A stretch of 64,000 nt of DNA from Anthoceros angustus (Eukaryota; Plantae; Anthocerotophyta): assembly GCA_010909165.1 (NCBI GenBank), contig VJWM01000106.1, positions 868,001-932,000 of the forward strand. The letters are read 5' to 3'. Position numbers and translations under genes: made by a program. The notes below the pieces were generated by a model that had not been told where the DNA came from, did not search any database, and saw only the letters and a program-made list of their open reading frames with translations. Below are positions 22,361-34,852 of this stretch, one piece after another. How positions within the stretch are numbered: the first letter of the stretch is position 1; every line of letters starts with the position of its first letter.

Positions 22361-24755
22361 ATGTTTTCCTTTAAAAGATGGAATTGTGCATGGATTTTCA
22401 TAAGTGTATTGCACATTAATTCCCATGTGGTCTGTTGGGCTTCCCATCAAGATATCCAGCAATTTTCACTCCAAGATGATGCTATTAATGTACTCAAGTT
22501 ACACCATGATCGACATAACATTGGCAATATATGCTTCCATGTTGCATATGCAGGGTTCTTAAAAAATTGTCGTGCAATTTTGCACGACGAAATGCCAAAA
22601 GCAAGATTATCTTTTCAGCTCATGAACTGTTTTCTAATTTCCTCTGGTAGAGAGGATGTTGATTGTCCTTCTTCTATCCCTATTTTAAGATGTATTAGTA
22701 TTCTTAGTAACCACAACCACCAAATTTATTTAGCTTTTTATCTGGAAATTGAGCAAACATGTAGCTATTTAGAGTAAGATTTATTTTATTTTTATTGAAA
22801 TAAATTTTAAAATTAAAAATATATTATAGTACCCAAAATATCTCTAATATTGTTCTTTATTTACTTTGTAACAGAAGTGAAGCTTTTAATCTTCACGCGG
22901 CTAAATTAGTCGAGGATATCAAAGAGGATGCAGCTCATTTGGATACTGCATTAGAGGAGATGGAACAAAGATCTGACAATATTTTGAGAAATTCAGAGAA
23001 TGTATTATCATATCAAAACAAATTGTATTATCAACACAATGTAATGCAAAGTTCACTACATAAATCACTAAGTGAGCTAGAAGAAATTGCAAAGAATACA
23101 CATGCGCATCTAAAGGTACATTAATAACTCACTTCGCACTCACTCTTCCTGGAAGTCACATTTTCTGCATACACTGTATAACTTGAGAAAGTAAGGCAGA
23201 AATTTGATGATTTTCCTTTTGTAGTAGACTATTACAAGTTCCCAACAAAATTTAGCTAATACCAATGCGGAGCTTTCTGAAATCATGACATCCGAACTTA
23301 CAAAGCTCCACAATAGAACAATTGAAATCACAAACAGTCTACAAAAATCAATGGAGGATCAAAACCTCTCAATAGAGAATCAAGACTCAATATTGAGTAG
23401 TTTAAAGCAAGTCCAAGATACGGCACTAAAAGCTATAAGTCAAAGTCAAAAAGCCTTTCACACATTTTCTAGTAATGCACAGCGATATCAGGATGATGTA
23501 ATTACGTGGCAAGAAGAAGTTGGTAGGTTATATGATCGGTTGATGCTTGGCTCATCCAAAATGCTTGATGCTCAGGTATATATATATTTAAAACATATAA
23601 ATACCACTTTTTTCTTCTTTGTCTTATCTTACCAAAACTAAAACAAAGCATATGACATCATTTTAGAATGATTTTGCGAGAAATCAGGGAGCTATTTTTC
23701 AATCCTTAGATCGGTTTTTCCTATTACAATCTACTGTTATGGAAGAATTCCTTACTACCGGAACCACTTCGTATTACTTCACAATAAGCGTACTTCTGAT
23801 TTGTATAACAAGTATATCTACGTTCTCCAAAGCTAGATTTCCGTCAATGATAGGTATGGTTTTCTCCGTGATATTAGATATTATATCTATTATACTAAGG
23901 TCATGTAAAGTAAAGTAAAATATAATAAAGTAGAATAATTTTATTAGTTTTTATTAGATAATTATTTATTGATTTAATACAGATATTATTTCCATAGTAA
24001 CAACTACATGAATTTCAAAGTTAGCGGAGGGCAAACTAGTTATCTATTCACCATGATCCAAACTTTAGCCAGAGATCCATCAAATTTTATAGGTTTTTTT
24101 TATTATATTCAACATACATTAAAAAGTATGAATTCTACAAATTTACAATCTTTGACATGATATGTTGCATATTTTTTGAAAATAGTCATATATATATAAT
24201 AATATATTTATATATGTCTTCCAGTACACATGGGTACTTTCCTGCTGGATTGGTGGCTTACTTCTCAAAGAAATAAGATTTTGGGAAAACTTTTCACTAC
24301 AAAATTGACTTTGCTAATATATGGTTTGAGATTTTTGAGTGTTATTATTTATTTTATTATTTTAAATATCATGTCTAACAATTCTAGGTAAGATTCTTTC
24401 TTTTTTGAACTTATCAATATATTATTAAGCTCATATATTAACAAAAAGATAACTTTCTAGTACAAATTACAGGAACAAGCTAGATCTCAACTTAGAGTTG
24501 GTACATACAGTGAGCAAAGAGACAGCAAGACTGAAACAACAATTTGGTAAGCGACAAGTCAATGTAGATCTCATCATAATATTAAGAATTTTCTTTATCA
24601 TTGTGCACTGACATTGATGATTTGAGGCAGACGCATTTATATCGGATACTATCAGTACATCTACAGGAGATATTACAAACGATGATGACCCAGATTATGT
24701 ACCGAATAACTTTCATACATATAACCTGAGATCATCCGTACCAAAAAAATCATAA
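22361..24755 (+). CDS. GEX1: GAMETE EXPRESSED 1 (GEX1/Kar5/Brambleberry-type nuclear fusion protein), about 7 exons
   Basis: Signal peptide; Cys-rich domain CFHVAY...C...KARLSFQLMNCF...SGR...C...IYLAFYLEIEQTC; coiled coil; three TM segments. C-terminal DDDPDY...YNLR, stop at 24753-24755. Confidence 0.9.
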
Positions 24756-25073
24756 TATTTCCCGCAGACCTGGTGAGTAATTAGTCTTTTTTAATGTATA
24801 TTTTAGGTTTGCTATACTTAAGAGTTAAAAAGTATTGAAGTTCCTCATTCAAGAATAAGGACTTTGCAAAAACTTCAATACAACTTGACCAGCATCAGAA
24901 AGATAGCAAAAAATCATAATATTTCCCGCAGACCTGGTGAGTAATTAGTCTTTTTTAATGCATATTTTAGGTTTGCTATACTTAAGAGTTAAAAAGTATT
25001 GAAGTTCCTCATTCAAGAATAAGGACTTTGCAAAAACTTCAATACAACTTGACCAGCATCAGAAAGATAGCAA
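24743..25073. repeat. About 164-bp near-identical tandem duplication covering the GEX1 stop and 3' UTR
   Basis: AAAAAATCATAATATTTCCCGCAGACC...AGAAAGATAGCAA occurs twice, 164 bp apart; one internal T/C difference seen. Confidence 0.95.
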
Positions 25074-25845
25074 CGGACCTAACATCATACAGTGGAAGAA
25101 GATAGCAACAAACTCCTAGCGAACCCGAGGTTGATGAGAAACATGGGAAGCATACAACATGAACGCATCCAGAAAGCCATATGACATTACACAATTCTTT
25201 CATTTGCAGTGATAATTTAGACTTCATTCAGATATTACAATGAAAGATAAAAGACTTGATGAGGACAAAGACAGGGAGGAGCGACACAAAGTCCGCCAAA
25301 GACAGTCGGGGATGCAGCAAAGCCACAAACCGCCCACAACCAGCCCATTAGCGCATATCCACTGTGACGCAACCTCAGAAAAAGCTTGGTAGAAATTGGC
25401 TCAGTACCAGCCCAACAGCGTCTATTCAAGGTCTCACGACCTCGGAAAAGCCTTGCAGAAATTGGATTTATCCAAAGAACGGAATCTAAAGCCCACAGTC
25501 CACCTCCTGCACAGTCTTCCTAAGAAGGGTCAGCTCGACTGGGGGGGTCCTCCATCTGATGTACAGATTCAGCCATCTGGATACATTCGGTGAAAGCTTC
25601 AGAGAAGAATCCTGTCGTTCTAAAGACATTATCCCAGCAGTGAACCCCAAGGAAAAGGAACAGCCAAGCAAAAAATATTGTGAAGGTCCCTCTGGTTGTT
25701 GGCAAAAAGATCCGAAGAGACCGAAAGCTTACACAACGATATTACAAAATGAACCAGGCGTGGAGCTCCTGGCCACAACCCCAACCAAAAGTGAGGACTT
25801 GGCGGTCGTGGAGCTCCTGGAAAATGCGAGCGCAAGCAGAGCATG

Positions 25846-26487
25846 TTAGTCCTGAAGAGCAGGAGCCTCTGCAGGGCTATCTGCAAAGCCTGGGGATGAC
25901 TCGAAGTCGTCTGGATAGCCTCCTTGGGCCTCCATAGCTTCCTTGTAAACTGGGGTCTGCTTGAAGTCAGTGGCCCCGTTGTTGTACGTTCTCACGGCCA
26001 CTCCACATGCAACCAGCTGCCAAAAACATCACCAACCAAAACCTCTGTCAGTCATGGCCTTTTGAACATTAAGGCAGATGCAGCAGGGGAGCACGCACTG
26101 GGATTGGATTGGGAAGAGGCTCACCGCGAACACGATCCCAAACGCCCACAGATACTCTAAGGTGAAGCCCAGCCAGTCCCATTTCTCACCCTCCCAGAAG
26201 TCGGGCTCGTCTCCGGGCAATTTCGGCATGTCTTTGTCATAGTCCGGCGGGGGAACCTTGGGTGTGGAAGGGTCCGGCCCCGCCGCCACCTTGCCTTGCT
26301 TAGTCGGCGGCACATTCTTTGCTGCCAGTACCTGAAACCTGTGCCGTCCGAGCCGAGCTGCATTCCTGTAGCTGGGGTTGGGGTTGAAGGAAAGGGAGGG
26401 AAGATGTCTGCCTTGCAACTGCCCGTGACTCCCACTGCACACCCCAGACGATGGGGCCAGCGGGCACCAGTGGGCGGTAGCCGCCAT
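25846..26487 (-). CDS. Small plastid-targeted membrane protein of a conserved plant family of unknown function; exons 26487-26125 and 26016-25846
   Basis: Transit-peptide-like N-terminus, then LPGDEPDFWEGEKWDWLGFTLEYLWAFGIVFA|LVACGVAVRTYNNGATDFKQTPVYKE; GT-AG intron in frame. Confidence 0.85.
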
Positions 26488-26851
26488 TGCTTCTCTTCTC
26501 CGTGCGAAGTAGGAGGTGGCTCGCTTTTGAAAAAATCTCTAGAAATGTGGCTTTCTTCTGTCAATGTTCATTTTTGTGCTTGATTGTTGGCAGGGGCTAT
26601 GTAGTTTATCTCCAGCTCTGCCATAGTTGTCTCCATTCTGATGCTTGATTATTGTTATGCTTACTTGAGGATTTAATGAGATGTTTGATTCTGGTCATGC
26701 ACTGATTATTAACTGACTCCTAATGGCCTACAGCGGTGGACATCATTCGAGTAAAGGAATGGTGGACACCACAGATTGCAGGTACTGAATAAATAGTGTT
26801 CAACGATGCTAATCCCAATGCATAAAAATGGGAACTAGGAGCTGGGAAAAG

Positions 26852-28927
26852 CTACGAGTGCCTCCCAAAGTCGATGGGGATGGACTGAGGTTCCTTCTTA
26901 CCCTGTTGGACGGTCACCTCAATGGTGGAGCGACCGAAGAAGAGGGAAACCTTCAGCTTTCGTTTCATGTCCCTCTTGACAAGCCAGCCATCGGGCATCT
27001 TGAGGATGAAGCTGCCTTCTAGCTGCACTCCAGGTTCGTCTACGTATGCCGGGTCCCTATCTGCGCTAGAGCTGTACAATGAGATCTTAAGTTCCTTTTG
27101 ACCATGCTCTGTGGGGTAGAAGACATGGGAAAAGGTCTCGTTGATGGGGATTTCCTGGCCTCGTCGCACAAACACATGGAACACGTTGGTGCACCTCTTT
27201 TTGCCATCACCAGTCCGGAATGCATGTGACTCGGGATCTGTAGGCTGAAACTCACGAGTCACAAGAATGCCATAGGTCTTTCTCAGCACCCTGGACACCA
27301 CGATATCCGGAGACATGCCCAGAGTGACAGCTCCTTGGCAGATGGCACTCCCTGCATCCTTATGGCTCACGATCTCACAACTCTGCCCGAACCTTCTCCT
27401 CAGTCTCTCGTTCAGATAGGCAGACTGAGAGAAGCCCCCCACCACCATCATGATCTTGATATCTGCCGTCATCTCCCTTTCAATAAGAAAGATGACCTCA
27501 TCCACCACCGGATCGAAAATTCCCCTCATGTCTGCCTCCGAAATCTCTATTTCCCCATAATGACCTTCCTCCCCATCCTTTGTGCTGTCCATGGAACCAT
27601 TCATGTCCTCCTCATAGCTCTGCCAGTGCTTCTCCATCCTGGACGGGATGTTGAGGGTCTGAGGCCCATCCGGGTACTTGCCGCCGAAGTCATACTTGAG
27701 ATCTTCCCACTGGCTCATGACGTAAGACACAGCATGTGGATACCTCACCATGATCTCATCCAGGCACCCGATCCTCTTCTTCAGAAACTCCAAAAAGTTC
27801 TTGTCCACATGCGAACCTCCACAAAGCCCTCCAGTGCTGGGCTTCACCTGCCGGACCTTGAGAGCCGTGGTTTCCTCGTTGGCCTTGCACTGCACCACAA
27901 TATCCACCGTCCCACCACCTACATCAGCAACCAAGAACTTGTCTCCCATCTTCAGCTTGCTGCGCAGCTCAGTGTGCTTCCAGCAGAAGACAGAGGCAGC
28001 CTCAGGCTCAAGCACAATGATGAGTGGGTGCTGGCTCCCAGGCTCTCGGTCATCCATCTCCGGGCCGCGCGTAAGGGTCGACAGGTTCCTCTCATAAACT
28101 GCGGTGGAGGTGACAAGCCCAGCAGCCTGCGCACAGTCTCTCATCTTCTGCTTTGCTTCATCCTCCCATATGGCAGGCACAGTCAGGCACCATTGAACCT
28201 GGCAGGCAAGCAGAACAAGCACACCAGCAGCTCAGCCCGAATGCCACTAGCCACCATGCCGACAAACCATCTGAGTAATGCAGGACATGCAACACAAACA
28301 CCACCACCACATCCTTCTTACCTCGCTCTTCTTGAGCTGAATCATATTCAACCGCAGCTTCTCCAGAATGAATTCCCCAATCGCCCTCAAATAGTCCGTG
28401 ATAAGGATGTCCACCGTGAGGCCCTCGGGAAGCGGGTCCACATTCCAATTGTTCATCTGCTTGCCGTTGCTGCCTGCAAGATGGAGCTTGAACTTGGTGA
28501 GAAACAGCTTTCCCTCTACAGTGGCGACAGGGGATGTAGGCTGCGTGACCGGGGGTGCTGTGGGCGTAGTGGCAGACGCCACTCGAGTCCGCCTGCTCCG
28601 ATGCGCGTAGGCTGGATTGGGCACCACGGCTTGCCCGACCCTCTTCTCGTTGTGGGCCTTCTTCATGGCCTCGGAGTAGGCCACCTGAGCCAGCCACCCC
28701 CATTTCGCAAACACCCACGTCCCGTCCCCGCTAGACTCGTACAGCAGACTGGTCTGCGTCTTGCAGTACGCCCGCACCTTGGCCTGCGCCTGACCAGGCC
28801 ACTCGAAGAAGGTCCGAATTGCATCCGGATCCGCCGTCTCCGCATACGCAAATCCCGAATATGTGGTCCCGAAATCCAGCCCGACCACCACCCTGGGCCG
28901 ATCCTTGGACGACGCGGAGCGGAACAT
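26852..28927 (-). CDS. HSPA12-type atypical Hsp70 / actin-like ATPase; exons 28927-28322 and 28198-26852
   Basis: Motifs VGLDFGTTYSGFA, CKTQTSLLY, WCLTVPAIWEDEAKQKMR, LEPEAAS, VADVGGGTVD, VGGFSQSAYL; no EEVD tail. Confidence 0.9.
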
Positions 28928-29877
28928 CTTCAGATCCGATCAGCCCACCATACGCAGCTGCAGCTGCTGCTGCCCACTCTCAAATCCAGATCACAAGCTC
29001 GCTTACTTCCTTCCTTCCTTCCCTGACGAGCCAGCCCCTACCACCCACTTCCTTCATGCATCCTCCAGGCACCCAACAACAGCAACTTCAGCAAACACAG
29101 CAGCAACAGCGTATGTGGGAGACCGAGAGGGCAAAGGACTAGAGGGCTCGTGCTCCTTTTACATTCCTGCCCTGGGCTTGCTTTTCCCTTCCCTCCTCGC
29201 CGCCGCTCGTGGCACCGCGGTAGCAGGGGAAGGTTGGAACTGGTAAACGGGCAATGGAAAACGGTCAGAGCGCGGAGGGCGGGGCCACAGATCGCGCCTG
29301 TAGCTCCGGGACGCGGCTTCCCCAGTTCGTCGAGAGCGTTTTGTGAGAGAAGCAAGGACTGCACTTCCCCGCGAGCGCAGGCGCAGGCAAGGATAGGCAG
29401 ATACAAATGCCTGCCAGAGTTCAAACCACCCACCTCACATGCGGTTGCAGACATCAAGGTCAGAGCTGTCATGTCCATGGGACATGGGGATTGATGATTG
29501 ATGACAACCCCGCGTACAAATCATCCATGTTTCATGTCAAGCATTTTCCCGGGCTCCGGGCCCCAGGGTTCTTGGGGTCCTGCACTTTCCTGCTGTCACC
29601 AGCCTGGTGTCGTAGACTGCAATATGTAGCAGGCTGCTGCAACTGTGATTGGTTGCTGATGCAGTGATGGATTTTCCATGGCATCACTCGCTAATCCTGG
29701 CATTACTGTGGATGTGGCGCCTCGTAAGCCCTTCTCTCTCCTGGGCAGCACGGCCAGCACACGGTGCGGGTGTGGCTGTGGATCCGCTACGCGGCGTGTG
29801 AAGGAGATCTGAGGTTGCTGGGCGAGAATCTGAGGAATTGGGTTTGTTGGGTTGCCCTGCGATCTTGGGAGGACGGG

Positions 29878-30622
29878 ATGGCGAGCGGGGTGCTGATTGG
29901 CAGATCTGTCTTCACTGGGCTGGGCCTGATCACAGCTTCCACAGTGCTCTACACATGTGTCACCGATGGGTCTCCTTTCCGCCGGGAGCTTCTCACACCG
30001 TAATAAGCTCTTGGAACCTTCCTTCTCCGTCTGCAAATGGGGGTCGTCATACTCGGTTCTGATTAGGTTGCGGGACGGATCTGAAGCCCTACCTCATTGT
30101 GATACGCTGCAGGTGGATGTTCGCCACACTCGCTGACTTCTACATCAACATTGCCGTATTCTCGGTGAGATGTAGAAAGCTGTCTCGGTTGCAGAGTGCT
30201 AATATGCATTTCATCAAGGCTAGCGGTTAACACTGGCCAGGGGAGTTGCAGATCTGGTTGTGGTATAAAGAACCGTCATGGGGTCCCCGCCTCATTTGGA
30301 CATTGCTCTTCATCGGTTTGGGCAGGTGAGTTGAGACAATGTCAAGACTCCAACTAACAAGTGGTTGGTTGCATGCATCCGTTTGAGAACTAGTATTTCT
30401 TCTTCTTGTTTCTTGGTGTCTGCAGTGTGACAGTGAGCTGGTATATTGCCCTCGAGTTCTGCAAGCTGTCTCCAGAAGATCCTCCGCATTTGGTTCTTCT
30501 TAGGGACCGGCGGGACAAGTATGTGTCATTTTCAGCTGCTGCTGCCACTCCAAGCTCATGCATGTTTTATGCTCGGCTATCTGAATGCCTGCCCTGATGC
30601 AAGCAGGCTTCGTAGGGAGTAA
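29878..30622 (+). CDS. DUF1475 family membrane protein, 5 exons
   Basis: YTCVTDGSPFRRELLTP|WMFATLADFYINIAVFS|IWLWYKEPSW...LG|SVTVSWYIALEF..LSPEDP; exons 29878-29999, 30113-30164, 30252-30325, 30426-30518, 30607-30622. Confidence 0.88.
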
Positions 30623-32464
30623 TAGGTCAGGTGGAGGATGGATTCTCCATCAAACTCGTGAAAACTTACATCCACATTCTTGGCAGGAAAGGTGGATAGG
30701 CTCAGACGGGTTGGATGCCTCGGAGTTCATAGTCTCGGATGGAGGGTCGTAATTAAGAGGAAGAGAGCAGTTTTGTCACCCACGTGTACGATGTGTAGAT
30801 AGGCGACACCGTTTGTAGTATCTATGTGTATTTGCACTGTATGCGGATACCTTGTGGGAGACATCGTTCTGGGACCCATCCGTCCTCGGGATGATCACAA
30901 CACGCCTTTGGCTTGGTGCAAAGCACACGCACAGGATGACTTAACAGATGAGCCTGCCGAGTTCTGTGTCTTATTTGTGGGGACGATGGGAAGACCTCAA
31001 CAACTGATGAGTTGGTGTTTTAAAGCCTGCCTTACTGACAACTGTCGGGACACTAGTCCCGATCGCGGTCTTCCCACCATTGGCCTCTGATCGTAGGGGA
31101 CTCAGCGTTTGGTTGCTACCCAAGGGTAGTAGCACCAACTCCAACACAGCTGATGACACCCATGGAAACAACTGCTCTCCGAGCCTGATGGAAAGGCAAG
31201 CTCACAGTGGTCCCCATCCTCACCTGCTCACCATTGCGACATTCCAAAGTCATGCTCATCAATTCTTGGTTGTGGGCTCGAGCCCGGAGGTGCGGATCGG
31301 GGGAGGAATGGACTGTGCAGCAACTTGGAAAGTGACTGGTTCGTGTGGCAACACACCACCAACCATGCTTCATCACCACTATGCTCCGTCCGCTGTCTGC
31401 CATCTCCCCAAACGGACACAACCTTGTTGTGCGGGTGGTTGTCAGTCTGATCCCTGACGTTGTTACGTCTCTCTTGAAGATCACAAGACGTCAATGCACC
31501 CCATGTTACCACATAACGGATGCAAAGGCTCATGCACGCAGGAATCTTGTGGGCCGAGCGACAGTGCAGCAGCTTGTCAAATCCAAACTCTGTGTCACCA
31601 TCACTCTTCACACCAGCAGAGGCATGTGATTGAACTGCTGCATACTGGAATAGTCTGGAATCAATCTACTCGCTAGGCATCTTCACTAGGCATAACGCAG
31701 GCTTACGTATGAACGGAGCCTAGCCTTCCCTGGCACTGTCATGCCTTTCAGTTTCATCGCTCTTGTGAACTGTATCGCACAGCACGGTTGCTGTCACGGG
31801 TTGGTGTGTCCCTTTGTTGGATTCTGATCGACTGTACTGATGTATCTGTAGAGGCTGACCACTGCACAGATGACACACGGTCCTGTCGGTTGGGCCCAGA
31901 TGGGAATCTTCGAGTTACGGCTGCTGTCCAGGGAAGGTAGAAAGAATAGAAGGCCTCGTCAACAAGGGAGATGGAACATTGGGTTAGGCATCTTCCCTAT
32001 GGACACATTGTACTTGTGATGTGTGAAGTGAAGCTGGTACCTCATCTGCAAATTCTCTCGAACTGCCCAGGGCCAGTGGGTCCTCTCGTCACTTTGAACG
32101 GTTCCCTGACATCTGATTTTATGTTGGTGTCACTGTATTTGGCTGTGAAGCTGTTACAAATGTTTCCTTACTGTATCCATGATCAGCCACGTTGAAAGGA
32201 GAACGATGGTTTTTCACAATGTTGATTTGTACGCTACCCAGATCTTCCGACTCATCTAACATGAGAAAACGACGAAGTGCACTGAAATTCTGTATCGCTG
32301 GCACGGGCCTTCTCTCTGTCCTTCTGCTGTCAGCGGGTGACGATCGAAACCGCCATATGAAAGTGCCAATCTATAGCAGGTGGTTAGCGTGAGTGCATTC
32401 GTCTGCAGCAGACCCCTGGTGGGCTGGCTTTAGGGCTTGCTGCAAGGTTCTCTGCCGAGATTGG

Positions 32465-33786
32465 ATGATTCGTGCTGCTCGGAAGCTGCGGATTCCTTGC
32501 GACATTCCTAGAGCTCAGCGAACTGGCTGCTCATCTCCGGTTTCTTGCATGGCTAGTGCCAGTGCGGTCTGCCATGGAGTCCAGTGTAGCTCTGTAGCCG
32601 ATGCTTCTGGTGACAGGCAATCTTCAGCACAAGAAACCACAGGGAGCACGGAATTGGCTGACAGTGTGGAAAGGGGTGGGAGAGATGGAGCTGTAGAGAT
32701 GACCTCCGCCCTAAATGGTCGGCTGCAGAGCCCTGCTGGTCTGGCGACGCCGGAAATTGAAAGGAAGTATGTGCACAGGGTGTACGATGCCATCGCCCCG
32801 CATTTCAGTGCAACTCGCTTTGCCAAGTGGCCGAGAGTGGCTGAGTTCCTGGATTCCCTTCAGCCAGGCTCGGTAGTGCTGGACGTGGGATGTGGAAATG
32901 GAAAGTACTTGGGCCTCAATCCCAGGTGCATCTTCATGGGATGTGACATTAGCGCTCCTTTGGTTTCGATTTGTGCCAAACGGGGTCACGAGGTGCTCGT
33001 TGCTGATGCGTTGAACATTCCTTACCGTTCAGATATCTGCGATGCAGCCATCTCCATAGCCGTGTTGCACCACTTGAGTACGGAGCAACGGAGAAAGAGG
33101 GCAATCACTGAGCTGTTGAGAGTGGTTCGCCCTGGAGGCAAGGTGCTCATCACCGTGTGGGCTTTGGAGCAGGAAAATCCTTCGCTCTTGTCCAAGTGGA
33201 CTCCCCTCACAAGAAAGTACATGGAAGAGTGGGTGAGGGGATCAGAACGCAAGCTGAGACGCAGTGGTTCCAGCTCCTCTCTGGGGAGCATCAAGGAAAT
33301 GAGCAGGGAAGATATGATCGACGATGAACAGACCCCCAGAATTCAGGAAGACTTGGAGGAGCTTGACCTGGATCTCGATGGCCCGAGTATTTCCGCTGGG
33401 GACTACAGCGGGGAGCAACCGGGGGCTCCAAGAAGTGTGCCGGGCGACCAGCGGGAATACTTTGTTCCTTGGCACCTACCATATCACCGAGCTGAGACTG
33501 GTGGAGCTTCAGCAGCTGCTGTAGCCAGCGGATTTGCAAGGAAAGATGACAAGAAAGGAGCTGTGGTTTATGATCGCTATTACCACGTATTCTCGGAAGG
33601 CGAGCTGGAAAGGTAGGCAGCCCTGGCACTTCCCTGCTGTTCCCAGCATCCGAGAGTTTTTCCATCTTTCGTAGTGACCATGTGGCATGTGGTTCTTCAA
33701 GGGTGGTAGCGGAGGTCAGTGGAGCATTGCTTGTTGACCACTTTTTCGATAAATCGAACTGGTGTGTCATCCTCCAAAAGCAATGA
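32465..33786 (+). CDS. TRM9: tRNA wobble-uridine (cm5U34) methyltransferase; exons about 32465-33612 and 33702-33786; start codon uncertain
   Basis: EIERKYVHRVYDAIAPHFSATRFAKWPRVAEF, LDVGCGNGKY, SIAVLHHLST, ITVWALEQ, YFVPWHLP, RYYHVFSEGELER|...DKSNWCVIL. Confidence 0.92.
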
Positions 33787-34852
33787 AGGCCAGTGGTCCT
33801 TCCCAGCAGCAGCAGTTTGGAGAGGATATACGTACCCAGAAGGCCTGTGTTTCTGAAGCAGCTGACCATTCAAGTGTGGTTTTTGCAATGTCTGGTGATT
33901 TGGAATGACTCCCACCAGCGTTACATCTATTGAAACTATCCGGAGCTCCAAATTCTATACGTGGACATACATTCACAAGATAGCAGCAGGGTTTGGTATG
34001 AAGCAACCTTTGGGTTGTTATCCCTGAAAGGTGAGATGAGATTTCTGACGAACTCTCTTGGCTTCTCTCAAGAAAATTTCTCCTTTTTCGGTGGTTCTAA
34101 TGTAATGTGCTTGGCAGGGTGACAAACTCAAGCAAGTTTCTGGCATGATCCAGTTGATGAAGACTGGCCTGTTAGTCGTTTGGAGTGTATAAGTGCAGGA
34201 GCTCTTTAATCTGTGCGTTCTGGAGTGATGTAGATCAGCTGCTTACTTATAAGTTTGTGGACATCTTGATAAATTGAGGCAGGCCACGTTTTACAGATGG
34301 TAGCCTTGCACAAGCACACGGTGGTGGGCTAAAACAACACTAGACTTCGAGGATTTTATTTCTATGGAGACTCGGTTTCTCATCTAATTCCCACAAAAAT
34401 TTACATCACGTTAGGCCTACTGGGTGCATCAGTACCAAGAAGCCAGAAACAGCAGCAGGATCTCGAGTTCTCTGTCTCTTCCTTCTTCCCCAAGGCCAGA
34501 AGCACCTTATCCGGGTGCAGCATGACAGTCCACTTGAGTAAGAGCAGAACTTGGTCTGTTTCGCTGGATTCCATTTCCAAAGGAATGTGGCAAAGGTTGC
34601 TTCATAGCCAAGCGTCGCAGTTCTGATTGGTTCCACGTATTGACCGAGATTTCCCTGTGCCACGCAGCCAATTGTGAAACCATTTCAAGATCGAAGACCT
34701 GTTCTTCGTAATGTCTTTGAGATTGCAAGGAACGATGTCTGCTGCCATAGGCTGTCCATGAGGATTTCCTGTGAGGGTCCCTTCGGATTGCTCGAATTCA
34801 TGTGGATCCTATGGCTGTAACCCTAAATGACCATACCTATTTTCCATGAAAT

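Noticed and set aside
27335-29026. 563-aa plus-strand ORF
   Set aside because: It is the antisense shadow of the GC-rich HSPA12-like gene and has no motifs.
31228-31611. Kinase-like words (NQSLSKLLH, DFGMS)
   Set aside because: The spacing is wrong, there is no HRD or Gly-rich loop, and the similarity is too weak to call.
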